From Phoronis australis (lineage: Eukaryota > Animalia > Phoronida): 64,000 bases of DNA. Each line of letters starts with the position of its first letter. Within the stretch, counting starts at the first letter, position 1. The position numbers were made by a program, and so were the translations under genes. This document shows, piece by piece, positions 26,201-40,608 of the stretch. The notes under the pieces were generated by a model, which was given only the letters and a program-made list of their open reading frames with translations, was not told the origin of the DNA and did no database searches. The DNA lies in contig NMRA01000106.1 of assembly GCA_002633005.1 (NCBI GenBank), forward strand, positions 353,655 through 417,654, written 5' to 3'.

Positions 26201-29200
26201 TAACCACCCTTTTGGAGAGTCGAACAAACGTTTCGAGTTCTTTTCAACTTATTTACATTTTTTCTTTTTTGCACTCACCCACGTACACTCACATTCAACC
26301 AAAACAAAACAAAAGCACTTAAATAATAATCTAAGGGACCCGTCTTTCATCCAACAAGGGCAACTGTGAAAAAATGAGCTTTTCAACGTTACAGTATTCT
26401 AATACTTCCGTTTTGAACTTGACTAAACAAGGTTTGAGGATATTAAGATTTTGTTTGTATATATGAAATTTACCAAGGCACAAAAGAGGGATTTAAGTTA
26501 TAGGCATACTGAATTTACCAACAAGTACGTCAATGCAACTAAGATTTAGAGATATATCCATGAATCAATCTTAGACCAAAAAAGGATGTAAAATTACAAT
26601 TCCAGATTTTTTTGCCAAATCTTTGGACCTGCTAAGCAAAAGCTACATCAAACAGAATCCAAGACGCCAATTTTAAAGAAAATCTGTTAGTGCCTACATA
26701 ATCTGTGTGCTATCTGAAACTGGAACCACCGAAGTCAAAGCAAAGTCAGAAGTACCACCTACAGATGAAACGCGTGCCGCCTTCTCACGAGACGGTATTA
26801 GGTTGCCAACTGTCTTCATACTTAGGTTTTCTTTAAATTTTTGGGTGTAAATTGGTCAAGTGACTTTTTGACGAGAAATTGCAACTGGGTTAAATTTTGT
26901 GCAGTACAGAAGATTAATAGCACAGTTCAGTTTTTGTGTAACTACAGACATTTTGTCGAAATGACTCTCGAAAGTCAAAAAAATAAAGTGAATTTTGTCG
27001 AAAAGCTATAACTTGCACTAACAGATTGATAGGAGAAAAAATTCAAAGTACGCATTATAAGATTGCAAAGAAATACTTTGAAAGCCGTCACGTATGCCCG
27101 TCTTTGGGAATTTGGCTGTGATAACCAGCGCATCTGAGCAGCACGTCCGATATCAATTCAGTTCGTATTCTAAACTTGAAGTACATGTAGCCATCGCCTA
27201 TGATTCGTTGTTTGAAAACTCCATTGAAAGCCCAAGCGCTTCTCAGTATTCTACTTATGTGTATTGCACTAGTACACCTTGATCTGTTAATGCTACTAAT
27301 GAGATACGTACAATCACTGCTGTGGCTCCTCTTCACGTCAATGCCCGCAGGATACGAATCATCGGGACCGGGTATACCTAAGGTTGTGTTTATTTATAAC
27401 TTCGACACCTTAAAAAATCTACGGTAAGAACGCGTCGTTGAACAATCAAAAATATAATGAAGTACCGGGCACACGGAAGAAAACAGTGTTGCGTAAAATA
27501 CGATTGTAAGCTTCACGAAGTCGTTATTGATTAAAAAAAACATCCACACGGAAAGATGGCAACAATGCTAACGATGCTAACGAAATGACTGCAAATTTCT
27601 CATTAGTAATAGATACTCTAAGAACTCGCCCCCGCCGGTGACTAAGTGTGCAGTTGAAACAGGTTATATAAGTTCTTTGTTGTGTTAATAACAATCGTAC
27701 TTTGAATGTTCCAATACAATGAGCCTTAGGGAATAAATTTTATTAATCCCCTCGGAAAGGACGACAGAACTGGCATGTTCGTGTACATGTATTGTGAGGA
27801 GATCTGAAGCACTCCTGCAGGCATTTAGCGCCAACTTCGTACGCAGGCAATCAGCATATTTTTAATTTAGGAAATAGATTCGTGAAAAGCCTGTGCATAC
27901 ATTTCGTGTTGATAGTGTTGATATTCTAGCATGATCTGTATGAGTTTTGATATTAGGTTGCCGTCATCGGTTTATGTTTTATCATTACGTACAACTGTAT
28001 GGTCATTGCCTCTTTGGAGTTGTCATTCTGCTGATAAGAGGATAGTGTTTCCTTACACTTTATTTTTTCTATACACACGTACATACACCTTGGCCGGGTT
28101 ATCTGATAAGCGACGTGGGAGTCATATCGATGTACAAAATGATGGTAGAGCGACGCACAGTGTACGCAAGGAAAATTTAATTAAAATCGCTGCTGATAAT
28201 CGTTTCAGTTGTGTTACCTCGTATTTGTAGTCTCGCCGGGCTTGTAGGGATTGCGGCCCAGCAGTGTGAACAAACTGGGCCATGATATGAACAACCTGCT
28301 CCGTCGCCGGCCAGACATTGTGTGGTCAAAGAATTGTGCAGGTTTTGGTATCACACAGTCCGTAATTTTGTTCGCTCAGCAAATTGCTGAAAATGCTGAT
28401 AATTGCAAATCATAGTACATGTAATTAGTCAAAGATCCACGATGAAACAATTGCCAATATCGCCAATTCAGTCTGTCAGGTTCTCTTAATCACCGCTGAC
28501 ATGACAACAGAAGTAAATTGAAACTTTGATCATATTCATTATTTACCCATTGTCCTTTCTGTGAACTTTAAGTGATATTGTTTTTTCTAAAGGTACAGAT
28601 TGCTTAGCTTATACGGTGGTGTGTACTCGAGAAAAGTCGTTAGTTTGTCGTGATCTCACCAAAGTCTTGTCGCGTGTGATCGCCTTTTCGTGTACATACA
28701 CAACATTGTGATCAGCGCTGCGCATACCGGCTGCGCATGCGTATTGAAAAGAACAAACCACCTTCATTGCATTATTTTTAGACTATGGGAACATGTTAAA
28801 CAGCAATGGTTTTCATACAAATGCAAATAAGCTGTACAAGGTGCATGTTAATTATACATGTACACCGATAAATACACAAAACGTGCCGAGAGTGGCACAT
28901 ATGAAATACCGGTAATATCCCACGAGGCAATATTCTGCGTATCGACCGAGAATGGATGCATGTTGAGTATTATTTATTCTGCTCTAACTATATTACTTTA
29001 AATAGTTTGGGGGAAACTTGATGATCAAGTAGGCTACTGCTGTCGATATTGACCGATTTTTTTGTACTTTCCATGTCAGCGTATAGAGAGCACTGTACAA
29101 AGTAGTCCCGGGAGTGCAATTCGGAAAACAATACTACGTGGCCGCATTGCACACATCTCAAGTTATTCAGCCCCTATGCTATAAACCTAAAAGTGTCATA

Positions 29201-32200
29201 TTCCACACCCATTCACCCATTGATGAAATAAAGCTATTACGCACAAATCTACATTTTTTAAAGATTTAGTTGACGATATCGCTGTACTGGTACACTGAAA
29301 ATAAATTTAATTTAAATAGGCTATTCAATAGCGAACATTTTGGTAATCTCAAACGCCATTGTGCAGAAAATCCGCACTAATTAATGAAATTTCATTAAGG
29401 TCAGAAGAATCACGCAAACTTCTTAAGTGGTTAAAATTAAAGCCTATGGCAGACATGTCCTAGTTTCATGAGATAACTCATATACGTGTAAAAAATCGAA
29501 AAAATAATGTCACGTTTTTGCTGAGAGTACACGTACAGGTGTTAGTATATTTCAATCTAGATTAGTAACGGTTCTCCAGTATGTTGTGCATAATTTGCAG
29601 GGAAATGTGTCCGTGATAGGATGCATTTTCTGTAATGAAATCGTAGGATTACGGTTTCCCTGTAATCTAGACCTCGACAATTAAGAGCTAACCGAAGACG
29701 TGGAACATAAGGAAATTGATCCATAAGGTAATTTAGTATATGACTTTGTGACATACAATGATAATGGTCATGCCAAAGAACTTTAAGGAAATGCATATTT
29801 CTCCATAACAAAAGTTCCATTGTCTGCTTTAACATTCAAATGGCATGAAACTGAAATAATATTACGTGTACGAGCACGAGCACCCTGGCACCTGATTATA
29901 TATATACATGTATATCAGAATCATTTCTGAGTTTGCGAAGAACTGGTTGAGAAGATATCGGGCGCAAAAATGACCACGACTAGTCACCTTGTAGAGCTTA
30001 GTTTCAAGGGTTGCCAAATCGACAGTTCTTTCAAAAACCGGAATCACTTCCATTTGACTATGGAACATCTTGAAACCAATTCCCTGGCGGTGAGTGGTGT
30101 AATTTACACGTGGATTTTTGTTATGTCTGCGGGTTTGTACCCGCTTAACCTGCATTGTTTTGTAAAGTATTCAACAGAAAATTTGAGGGTTATAGTGTCA
30201 ACAATTGTCAGAATGTCATGTTCCATACATGAGTGAGAACGCTACTGACTTTATTGTGCAGTGAAGCTGGCATTTCCTGTATCTGCTTTGAAAAATAAAT
30301 CTCGGTGGACAAGTTGGCAGCGGCACGTACAAGAAACAAGTGCAATTTGAACTTTTGGTAACATTGACTTTAAGCTGGCCGATTGTTTTTCTCTACAGTA
30401 GCGGATCTAGGATACCATAAGGGGGGGCAACATGTTTCCTCGGGGAATTGGGCAAAGCGCGATTGTATGTGCACAGGCAGCCCGAAAGTTGCGGGCGCCT
30501 GGGAGGTAGACATTCCTCCCCTTTCTGATCAATGACTATACGTCTGTGGATTTACAACTCCAGTTCTTAACAGAGTGGAATGTTTTTGTCTTGCACTTTT
30601 CAAAACTGAACAAAAATTAACGTTCGTAACGTCAATTTCACCAGCCTCTCATAAACAAAAGCTTTACGCCACATTCGCTTGGTTTTCATTCTCTGTTTTA
30701 ATTTTACATGAAACTGCAGTTGTTTTATAGCATCCAATACACCTAAACACAAACTGTTGGTTTAAGCGTCGTTGTAATCGGTTTGGAAGCCTTAGCATTC
30801 AAGCTAACATCGGGAGCGTCTCAAACAGGAACAAAAAATAACTACAAAAGTGTCTGTCGGATGTCACAAACACAATTAGCGATACCAAATTGCCATTAAA
30901 TTTGACCGCACTTTTTACATACTCAGATTTGAGCTTTCGAAGACATTTCAATCGACACAACCCTAAAACATAGAGTGCTGTGGGATCTTGTCAATGAATG
31001 ACTGCAAAGCGGGGCCCTGGTCCTTTTTCTTGCGTTGATGTACTTGGTTTGCTTAATTAAAAATCCAGCTTTGAAAGCGTAAGTTCATGTCATGAGACTT
31101 TTACTATGACTGCAAGTTGAAACGGACATGGACCGGCATGAGGCCCCGTGCCCCGATTTGTTTCGTGTCCTATGTGGTTGATACGGCTCTGGTGGCAATG
31201 ACGGTATCAAGTCCGATGTTTACACATTTCAAAAGCTTTTATGTCGGATAACGACTTCCCATGGGGTTTAAATCTGCATGAACTGGCTCAAGATCGGTTT
31301 GTAAAAAACAGAAATTGGTGTAAGAACACGATGTGAGATGGCGGATGCGTGATAGTGAATATGCTACAATTCAGTAGAAGGAAAATATTTTCCAGAGCCT
31401 GTACGACTTTCAGATATATATTTTGCTTACTTAAACAAACACTCGTTAAATTGTAAACAATACGTTTTGCCTGAACCTGATGGCTCTTTTCTGTATGAAC
31501 TGTCAGAAAACTGGCCTCTTAAGCGACTACTGTAGTAAGGATGTCTCATGTACCAATGGCCATGTTCTACTAAACGCAGGGTGTATTTTCGAGTGTATGT
31601 ACAAGCGTTGCATCCTTGTTAATTTCCTTCAGCCCTACACCCATTCGCAATATACTTAAACTAACGTTGGTGTGCTTTTGTCAACTTTTTTCAAACAGTA
31701 TTTACTAAAGAAATCCGTGGCCTACTTTGATCTGCTCAAACGCAATTGTAATTGGTGAGTGAACTACTTTTTCGAAAGCTTTTTAGCGCGATAGAAGTAA
31801 GATAACATACTCTTAGGTGTTGGATTACGTATTGAATGTTGGTAGATAGCATTTCCCCTTTGTTTTTGACTTCAAACTTGCTGAATAGTCTTTAAGAAGG
31901 GGTCGTGGTTTGAGAAGGCCGAGGGTATTGTGCCTTCTGCTCTAAAGATGACCTCAGCTCGTCCTAGTTTGCTCAAGGTGGTTTTGTGCGTGATATATAC
32001 ATGTACGATGACCTAACGTGAAAAGCCAATTCACAGCTCCTGGTCTCAAGAAATAACAATCTTAGTTCTTCCGAAGTCCTGGATCATCTTTAATTCAACT
32101 AAGGAGTAATCTGAGACTAAATTTTGCGGATAAGTGGTCGAAATCAACAGTTGGTTTTTTTGAAGAAAGGTCTGTTTACTGTGGCTTTTGCAGACTATAA

Positions 32201-35200
32201 AAACATAAGGTAATGGAAATCTCATAATGGAAATCCGGACTCATAGCATGAAACAAGGAGACGATGTCAGACAAACGAGATAGGAAGACTGTGAGGTTTT
32301 CCTGAAACACACGGTGAGTGCAAAGTCGCTGGCAAAAGCTTCCGACTCAGTCGTCAGCGAATCGAGGATTTCTTAAATAAGTTTGTAAATCGTACAAAAC
32401 TGGTCAGGTTGCACGTGAAATTTCATTATTAGCGTTTCAGAGAAAATATCTTTAAATCAAATAAAACATGTGAATTAAAATATGGTTTCACAGTCGAGTA
32501 TGTCTGTTTGAGCTCACCTGTTTTGCTGGCTGGTTATAAAGACACGTTTTATAGTCAATTGATGATTTTAAGTGCTCTTAAGCAGTGAATTAAAACACAT
32601 GTGCATAAGCACCTCTATTAATGTCACGTATCATGTTGATATAACTTGTTCGTTATATGCCGCCCTGAATCGTGCGAATGTAAGGTGAAACTTGGTAGTC
32701 ATTTTTTGTCATTTAGACTGACTTGCACGTATTTTCTGCTGCATGTCTATGATATCCAGGCTATTGGCATTTTGGCAGATTCATACAATTCGACAAAAAA
32801 TATGTCCTCGAGGTGAAATAAACTTGATTTAACTGAGATGGCCATTTATGCAAATACATGTATTGATGGTGATATATCCAACGTACCCTTCAACTTTTGT
32901 GCCTTGATATATACCGTCTTTACAAAAAAAAAGAAAAAATCGCAACATTCTATGCCACTTGCAACTTAAGACATATGAATTTGCTACATGTACCAAGTGA
33001 GCTGGTTCATTAGTTTGACCGTATGTGTACGCTGTGCCAGATCATAGACCGTAGACCATGGTCTACGATCTACATGTATGATCTGGCACAGCGTTCACAT
33101 GGCAGGAATATGCACGATTGAAGTGGTGACGTACAGCCTCAAGAAGAACGTGGAACATGTAAGTAAGCCCTTCAGCGAGGCTGATCATTTAATTCTCAAA
33201 TGGCATACTGCCGCAGTCTGAATTCTTCGAATTGACGTAGCAATTTAACTGTTCATATTTTGCCTGGAGAAAAAATCTTGGTTGGAAAATGTTTGCAAAT
33301 TTATGTTTATCTCAATGTTAAAGCCCTCTTTGGGTCTATGTTACGTCATGTTTTGGTCACCCCTTTCTTCCATTGTGTAAAAAAGAGATACATGTGATGA
33401 CCAATAAACACTTGTCTGTCATTAAGACAAAAAGTGTCTCAACCGTTCTGTCACATTTCAGTATTTAAATTCTATATTAGTGCAACACAGGTTTTAAGGG
33501 ACTTAACACCCGTGTAAGAGAAACAATGGGTAAAACTTTCATAACTGGGGAGCCATTACGACATACGTCAGATTTTTAAGTAGCTCAGATACCTCTTTTC
33601 CCAACATTTTGGCGTTAAGAGAAGTGAAATTTATCGTGTCTGAGTGCTTACGGATTCCGTCCCCTGCTCCCATTGAGCAGATGGTGGTCACTGTCCCAGC
33701 ATTGGGACAATGAACCACCCCAGTACTAGGACGATGCACCGCACCAGCACTGGCACGCTGAACGACTGGGCAGGAGTGAAAACTCGGGATTACGAGACGA
33801 GGATGGATCAAGATTGAGTTACCAAGACTCTCAGATTTCTCATGCCTCAAGTTCTCTGGTGACCACTGTCTGACCATTAACCGCGCGTAAGCATTGTGAG
33901 TTGAGATTTGTTCATTAAATTTTTACTTTGTTCAATAACGCTGTGCATTAAAACGTGAGACAGATCTCGTTTCAGTTCTGCGGAGTGTTAACTAAGGTTT
34001 TCTACAGCAGTACGATAGACTTTAAAATTGTGGTAGATATTGTTGCGCCCAATGAAACTTTTAAAAAAGGTAATCCCGGAAATTTGAAATAGAAATTCAA
34101 GGAGTTGGATGGAGAATTTTTGGGAGAGCTCAAGTATTGTTATTCAGAAAATCTAGCATATTAGCTAATTAGTGGAACGGACAGAACCTCTACATCACGC
34201 GTACAAAATGTCTAGCTGTATAAAACTCAGAAAAGTCCAGGTCCATCTTGATTACTGGAGATTTTATGACAATTATATGATTACAATAGCTGTCGCTCAG
34301 TCAGAATACGGGATCTGAAATCGAGACAGTCACTACATCAGCTGTCCCACTGCTAGACGTCATGAAAACGGCGACGCGGGCAAAGTGCAGTGCTAGCCAG
34401 ACCATGCAAGAACAAAGTTATGTATGTGTGTGACAAAAAGGGGAAAAGTCGAAACAATTGTATTAATTCTCTCTCTATAGTAATCTTTTGGGAGGAAAAT
34501 CGCCGTGAAATGAGTTGAGCATTTCTAGAAATGTTTGATAGACAGCCGGGTGGGTTTGCAGTCTTTGAGCAACTGCTGCAGGGTTCTCTGGGACTAAGTT
34601 CGTTTAATTCTGTTCAGCTTTGCGCATTTCATTCATCATGCTTTCCTGTCGACCTTCATGTCAAGGTTGTTAAGTTGATCGTAAAGTGTCCCTTGATGAA
34701 CACGGTGCGCTGGACTTAAAAGAATTGACACTTCGTTATTTCCTCAGACCAAGCTCGCACAATTTCAGGTCACGGCGACTTCTTCTAAACTGAGTTAGGA
34801 AAAAGACCAGACCAATTCTATAACGGTTGGGTGGCATAAATCAAAACTTGTTTTTTACAGAAAACACGAGTTCAACGTCACTTTAAGATAAAATTCCTTT
34901 GAATATATTAAATAAATCTTAATGAGTTAGACAACCATGCAAAATGTGTCACAAACTTTTCTATACGACAGTGAACAACAAATTTCACTCTCAAACAAGT
35001 CACCCAGAGCATAAGCAAGGAAAAGTGAGCTGAGTCAGGCTTGAATAGGTTTATTACCTTTTCCACGATTGTCATAGTTACATTTACACAGTTAGTGGAA
35101 AAGCAGTTTTAAGTACTGCCAACAAAATGGTTGAATGATCAGGTCACAGAAGGAGGTGAGTTAAAACCCTCGACGGAATCACCTCTATCCGTGTGAAGGC

Positions 35201-35638
35201 ATGAGAATGAATCGTGTTTCAGCCTGAAAAATATAGTACTTTGACCCTGAATTTAAGCTCCGTGGACCTAATTACATGTTGCAAAAAATAAGCAAGATAA
35301 GTGTATTTTTCTCGCATCGCAGCCAGAGCTTACTGTAGTTGTCAAGTTTAATGTGGTCTTTAGATGGACATCGACTTACCGGTCATTAAGCAGAGTCTTC
35401 TCATTGCCGGAAATGGATTGTTTCCCGATGTATCCAGGATATCAAGTCTGTAGGCTTCGCCACGTATTTTATAGATTTTCCTGTGAAAGTCTTCTATAGT
35501 TGGCGTGTACGTGTCAGTATATTTACTGTGAAGAAATCGTGACACCACGGCAGTCTTTCCAACTTTGGCAGACCCAAGCACAACGAGTCTATAACAGTTA
35601 TTCGCTGGAGCATTCTCGCCTTCGTCCTGCAGATCCAT
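23276..35638 (-). CDS. RASD: RASD-family small GTPase (Dexras1/Rhes-like), 270 aa, exons 35380-35638 and 23276-23829
   Basis: G1 GSAKVGKT, effector YTPTIEDFHRK, G3 DTSGNNPFPAMRRL, G5 ETSAK, plus LPTEMSPSLHR, PNARRPSI and CAAX CAIM. A phase-1 intron (ACCG|gtaagt ... tttcag|GT) falls at the LMTG/DLF position, as in RASD1/2. Confidence 0.95.
24402..24445 (-). ncRNA. Minimal type-I hammerhead ribozyme motif (GUC site)
   Basis: Minus strand cac-CTGACGA-T-GGCCGG-agaataga-CCGACC-GAAAC-GTC-gtg. The core is intact, helix II has one mismatch, and helix I is 3 bp (cac/gtg). Confidence 0.65.
24503..24571 (-). pseudogene. tRNA-Leu(CAA)-like SINE head
   Basis: GTGGTTAAGGTGCTGGACTCAAA...GAGGGTTCAAATCCTGCCTTGGACA gives a D-loop end, a CAA anticodon loop, a long variable region and a B box. 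The 5' end is cut by the hairpin arm. Confidence 0.6.
24578..24621 (+). ncRNA. Minimal type-I hammerhead ribozyme motif (GUU site)
   Basis: cac-CTGACGA-T-GGCCG-gagaataga-CGGACC-GAAAC-GTT-gtg. Confidence 0.6.
33023..33100. repeat. Loopless 78-bp palindrome centred on CCATGG
   Basis: The arms match except for two substitutions and a 6-nt insertion (TA to TACATGTA). Confidence 0.9.
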
Positions 35639-35939
35639 AATTGATATTAAATGTATTGCTTTTACCTGTAATCACCTACGTTTTAAGCTGCAATTTAATT
35701 TTGTAACTGCGCGGCAAGTAATCGCTGAACTGTCGCTTAGATTTGCATTTAAAGAAATCGATAATTCACGCACATATTCCTTTCCGAAGTGAAGGCAAAT
35801 GACAGAATGCCAATTAGCGTCTTTGAATCCGCATTTAAGTTCTTGTCTCTTGTGGAAAACAATTCTTTGCTCGGTAATAGCAAAATCTTCTGTCACCAGT
35901 GCTTCACTCTCCTCTGTCCGATGCGCTGTTCCGCTTTAA

Positions 35940-35958
35940 CTTATAGCTCTATATAGTA
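35940..35958 (-). promoter_or_regulatory. Possible TATA-like core promoter of the RASD gene
   Basis: Minus strand TACTATATAGAGCTATAAG about 300 nt upstream of the ATG. Supported by position only. Confidence 0.3.
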
Positions 35959-38900
35959 CAGGGTTAGTCAAAAGTGCGCGCTGCGTACATGTAAGTCATA
36001 TTGATTACTATCGACGTGTTATGACTTGGATGTCAACGCCGCTTCTAGCATCGTGAGAATTTGATAAATGAATCGAATCAGGAAATGCTTTTAGTTGGTT
36101 AGTTGATATTGATGTTGACATTTATTCCATTATTACCATGAAATATTTAGGATAGCTATATAATGACTTGATGATTCCTGTCCATAGCTAAAATGCAGGT
36201 TATTTAATTTAAAGTGTGTCTGCTGTACGTAATGCCAACGAGGTCCCCTGAGAGGGGACCATACAATCGGTGTCGATGGTGAGGTGGATAGGAGTCTATG
36301 TTGGTGCATGACTTTCCGAAACAATCTGGTCGATTGTGTCATGGCTTGTAAATCGCGTCTAGCCTGCCTTCGAGAGTTACCGCCAAACTACACAACATAT
36401 TTAAAGTCACTTAGTGTCGGAAGATTTTGCCAGTCTTATTTCTGGCTTGAAGAATTCAACAAAGAACGGATGTTACGCAAACACAAACCATCGAGTTCAT
36501 CATGACCTTACCATCCAAGTAGGTCATTCTTATTTCGGCAATTTTCCGCACGTGCACAAGACATGATGTGTGCTATTTATCTAACCAAAAAAAAATAAAA
36601 AAATAACATCGAACAGTTATGGCAGATATTTAATTGCTATTAGTATTCATGTATTTTACAAATGCAAGACTTAAACCGAGAATCAATGACGCTGATGGCC
36701 TCATGAATTCTTGACTTGGGTGATGGGTCTCAGCATAGAACATCGCCAAGAATTTTGATCTCGCGCACCCGGGCTGAAATTGCACGGCGCATGTATGTTT
36801 ATTTCGGTGTTGTTTCGTCTTAGAGGGAATCTTTGTTTAGTTCAAAGGTGAAGTGTATTCCAGTAATTTTGCATTTTCCTGAAAAATAGATCCAGGTGAT
36901 CAAGCACAATCTGAGCTCTACTAGGATTACCAAAGTCTGATGTACCTAGGACCCATAATCAAAATAAAATTTCCGTACATTTAATATACTTTAGCGCTAG
37001 ACCAATGGGGAAACCCTTGTCACCTTTTTTAAAAGCTTAATATACATGCTGTCACTAAAATGTTTCATAACTTTCATTTCAACAAAATTGTACAAGAACC
37101 AAATCATAAAAAGCCATTGACGAGTTCTTGATGATCTATGATTACACCAAAAAATAAAAGATTTTAATTTATAAATATTTAGTATTTTGTATTTATCTAG
37201 CAGATTAAAAATATGTTTTGATTCGAAAAGTCAAGATTGGTGTTACTACAAATGAGAATATTAATGATATCCTCCTTTGTATACTAAATGACTGGCTAAT
37301 TGGTTAATTAGCCCACTAATTATGTTGTAATATAAATCAATTTAGGGTTTAATAGTACCATAAACATAAATGAATCAGAAAGGTAGGCACTATATAAATG
37401 ACTAATTCAGCCAACAGAGAAATAATTTCACTGATTCAAAAGATTGCTACCGGATAAAATCATAATTTTAGAATATGGCAGGCACTCGTCCAGAAGTTTA
37501 AGTCTTGATATATTAATTGCACTTTTGGTGCCGTTTGATACAATTTCATTCTTCAGTAACACTCAGAATGCAATGACATTTACAAAAATGTGACAAACTA
37601 AATTACTCCACCACTGCGTAAGCGAAACTTGCAGATCAGGGTTAATTTTCTGGGCAAACATTTAGCTTTGAAATACACTGTTGATAGCTCTTACAGTGTA
37701 CGGAGTCTACGATATTATACAGAAGTTTAGCAATAGATTTATTTCTTGAGAAAGTGAAAGCTCAGATAAATGTGTGTTATGTGTCGCCGTAGATGAAGAG
37801 ACACTGGAACTCATTTTAGGATTGAAACGGGACGATACAAATGACAATATTCATAACAGACAGACAATGTTATTGGGAACATTCCTTGCCAACGGACTAT
37901 TGAAAAAAACGGGACATCTTAACTGAAACACTGAGGATAGCCGGATTAAATAGTGGAGAATCCGGGTTCATGCCGAAACCGTCTAGGATGAAATGTTGCC
38001 GCAGGACACCAAAACATTTCGCAATCCAGGCATCGTACATCCTGGGCGCACGCCTGAAAGTTCGCCGTGAAAAGGAAACCACTTTTAGGACATTTTCATG
38101 GGAAAGAGGCGGATATATTCATTCATGCATTATGAAAATTTGTGAAACAGGGTATCATTTCACATTTTTGTAGAATACTGAGGTTACACATCTCATGTCC
38201 TAGCGAGACATAAACTTTAAGTTTAAATTCAAGATGGAGATGTTTCATCTTCTGTGATCAGTCGATCAGAAAAACCCTCCATTACCACTAGGAAATCCAT
38301 GAAATCCGTCTACGCTGATTGCAAATTTTGACAGGATTTTCTTTTTTTGTATACGTATCGAAATAATGTAAACCCGTAAGCGTGTGAACATTACCCGTGA
38401 CTAAATGGAAGCTTTGAGAGGAGGATCGGGAGCACACGATCTCTTCTGCCACTTCATAACTCAAATTTGTGTACTATTTATGCCGGCAAAATTCCACAAC
38501 TAATGTACGTATAGGGGCAATGCTTTGATAGTAGATGTGCTACGGCTGCTCGATAAGTGTGTTAGTTACTTATCTTCACTAATATGCTTCAATAAAACGA
38601 ACTAATTTTCACCTTTATTTGAAAACATCGCCACAGAATCTACCGCCCACGTTTCCCCAACCCGAACTCCGACTTGCATAATATGATTTGGTCCCATTGT
38701 CGATGTGAGTTGAATCACCAACTCTATAATCATTGCATTAGCGTCACTGAGGGCAAAGAAGAAAGAAGGATCCCGTCCAATTTCGGCTGGTATCAGGGGG
38801 CTTTCCATTTATAGGCATGATGGACAACATTGGTCCGCACGGCTGTAGTCAAGTACATAGAGAGGCAGCACAGCGATTGGGTAGAGGGGCCCTCAAACGA

Positions 38901-39293
38901 TTGAGGTTGTTGAGACGGAGGGATGGGGTGCATACAGTTAGTTTCACCCGAGGTATGACGGCGCTAAATCACTGGCTACTAGAGAAATTTTATGATTTTG
39001 GTCTGAAAAATTGGCGTCTGTCAGTTCTTTCCAACCAATGAAAGCACGCTCATTTTGACCGAGGAATTCACGGTAAACCTAAATCAAAACTTTTGACAGA
39101 AAGTGCGTGTTTAATGTTTAACTGATGTTTTAAAATCTTGTTCTAAGTTTGCTCCGTAGCTGTATGAATCGTCCCAGATTCTGCTACTTGTCGCGGTGAT
39201 GACATAACGCCAGAACACGAATTCTGCGGTGATTGCTCCCACAGTCTGTGCCACTTTGAACAGGTTCTTCAGCTTTTTAGCTGTCTGACACCA

Positions 39294-39450
39294 CAGTGGC
39301 GGATCTAGGATATCACAAGGGGGGCCCAACCTTTTTGTCCGGCTGTAAGCATTTGCGTCAACTGCTCCACGATTGCAGATGCGCATAGCACCGAATGGGG
39401 GGAGGTCGGGAGGGGGTTTGCCCACCTCCCGCCCAGGAAATTTTTCTGTT
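39294..39450 (+). mobile_element. CAGTGGCGGATCTAG-type MITE end (related copy at about 30396-30545)
   Basis: Both loci start cagt(g/a)gcggatctaggata followed by a G-run and a GC-rich body. Confidence 0.55.
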
Positions 39451-40608
39451 TTTACATCTAAAAATCAAACATTTTCCTTGATTCCTGAAGTATTATCCAA
39501 GAAAAAAGGCAAAAAAACACAGAGAACGTGTCAAACAGGAAAAACTGCCAGTAACAAAGACTCGAACTCACGACCTGGCGGATACAGCACGCCTGCGTTA
39601 CCACTACACCACCACCACGATTTCACTACTAATGTTATACTAAGAGACCTACTTGTGTATGGTCTACAGCGTTTGCGCGCGAAACCTACTTCTTTTTGTA
39701 ATGCTTATTACGCGTTTTATATTTTGTGCCATTAATTCTTAGCGAATTTGTCGTATTTAAAATAGTCTTTAAATGCCCAAAAGACCAAATCCGTTTTTCG
39801 TGTTGGCAATAATGACGGGATTGCTTTGGAAATCGTCTTAAGATAAGGTTTGACAAAGAGAGCATTGCGAGTTTCTGAGTGATTCACTAAGGCTTCGGTT
39901 AAAATTCACATCTTACCAGCAGCTTCTGTTTTTTCATCGTCATTCAGGTTCCATTTTCTTTAAAAAATGAAGTAAATTTTCTTCATTGCACAGTGGAGCA
40001 GACGACGGAAACGGAGTCGTAGTGCGCAGCGCCACTGCCGGTCGTTCCGTTACGAATGCACCGTGTTCCGAATTTGACACTTGATATTGGATTTGAGACC
40101 CCCCACAACACTAAAACTCAACATTTCCCTACGCTCCTACTGTTTCATTTTTGGTGCATTTTTGCCTGCTTGTTAGTTGAAAGAAGTCATGTCAAGATGT
40201 GCAGCTAGTGAGGGACAATATTAATTCTGGGTTTACTCTAAAACGTACGCATTACTGAGGAACGGATTCCAGGGTAAGTTCCATTAAAAGCTTCGTGCTC
40301 CATGAGGCAACTTGTATACTTAACATTTGGTCTTTTGTCACCCCAACACTATAGGCGCGCATATGCCAGACTCTGACTAACCCGTCCTTTTATACATGTA
40401 TAAGTAGATAGATGTGCGTGGTTCAGCTCTGCTGCTGAAGGAAAGGTACATGTATTCGGTACAATTTCTCTTATCGTTCACCGATATTTAGAATTCGAAG
40501 ATGTATAATATTTAATCTTCAATAACAGTTATGTTGGTCGATTGCCTTACAAACGTTGTTTGACTTTGAAACTAGAACTCTAAACAGGCGCGTTGAATAC
40601 AATCCAGC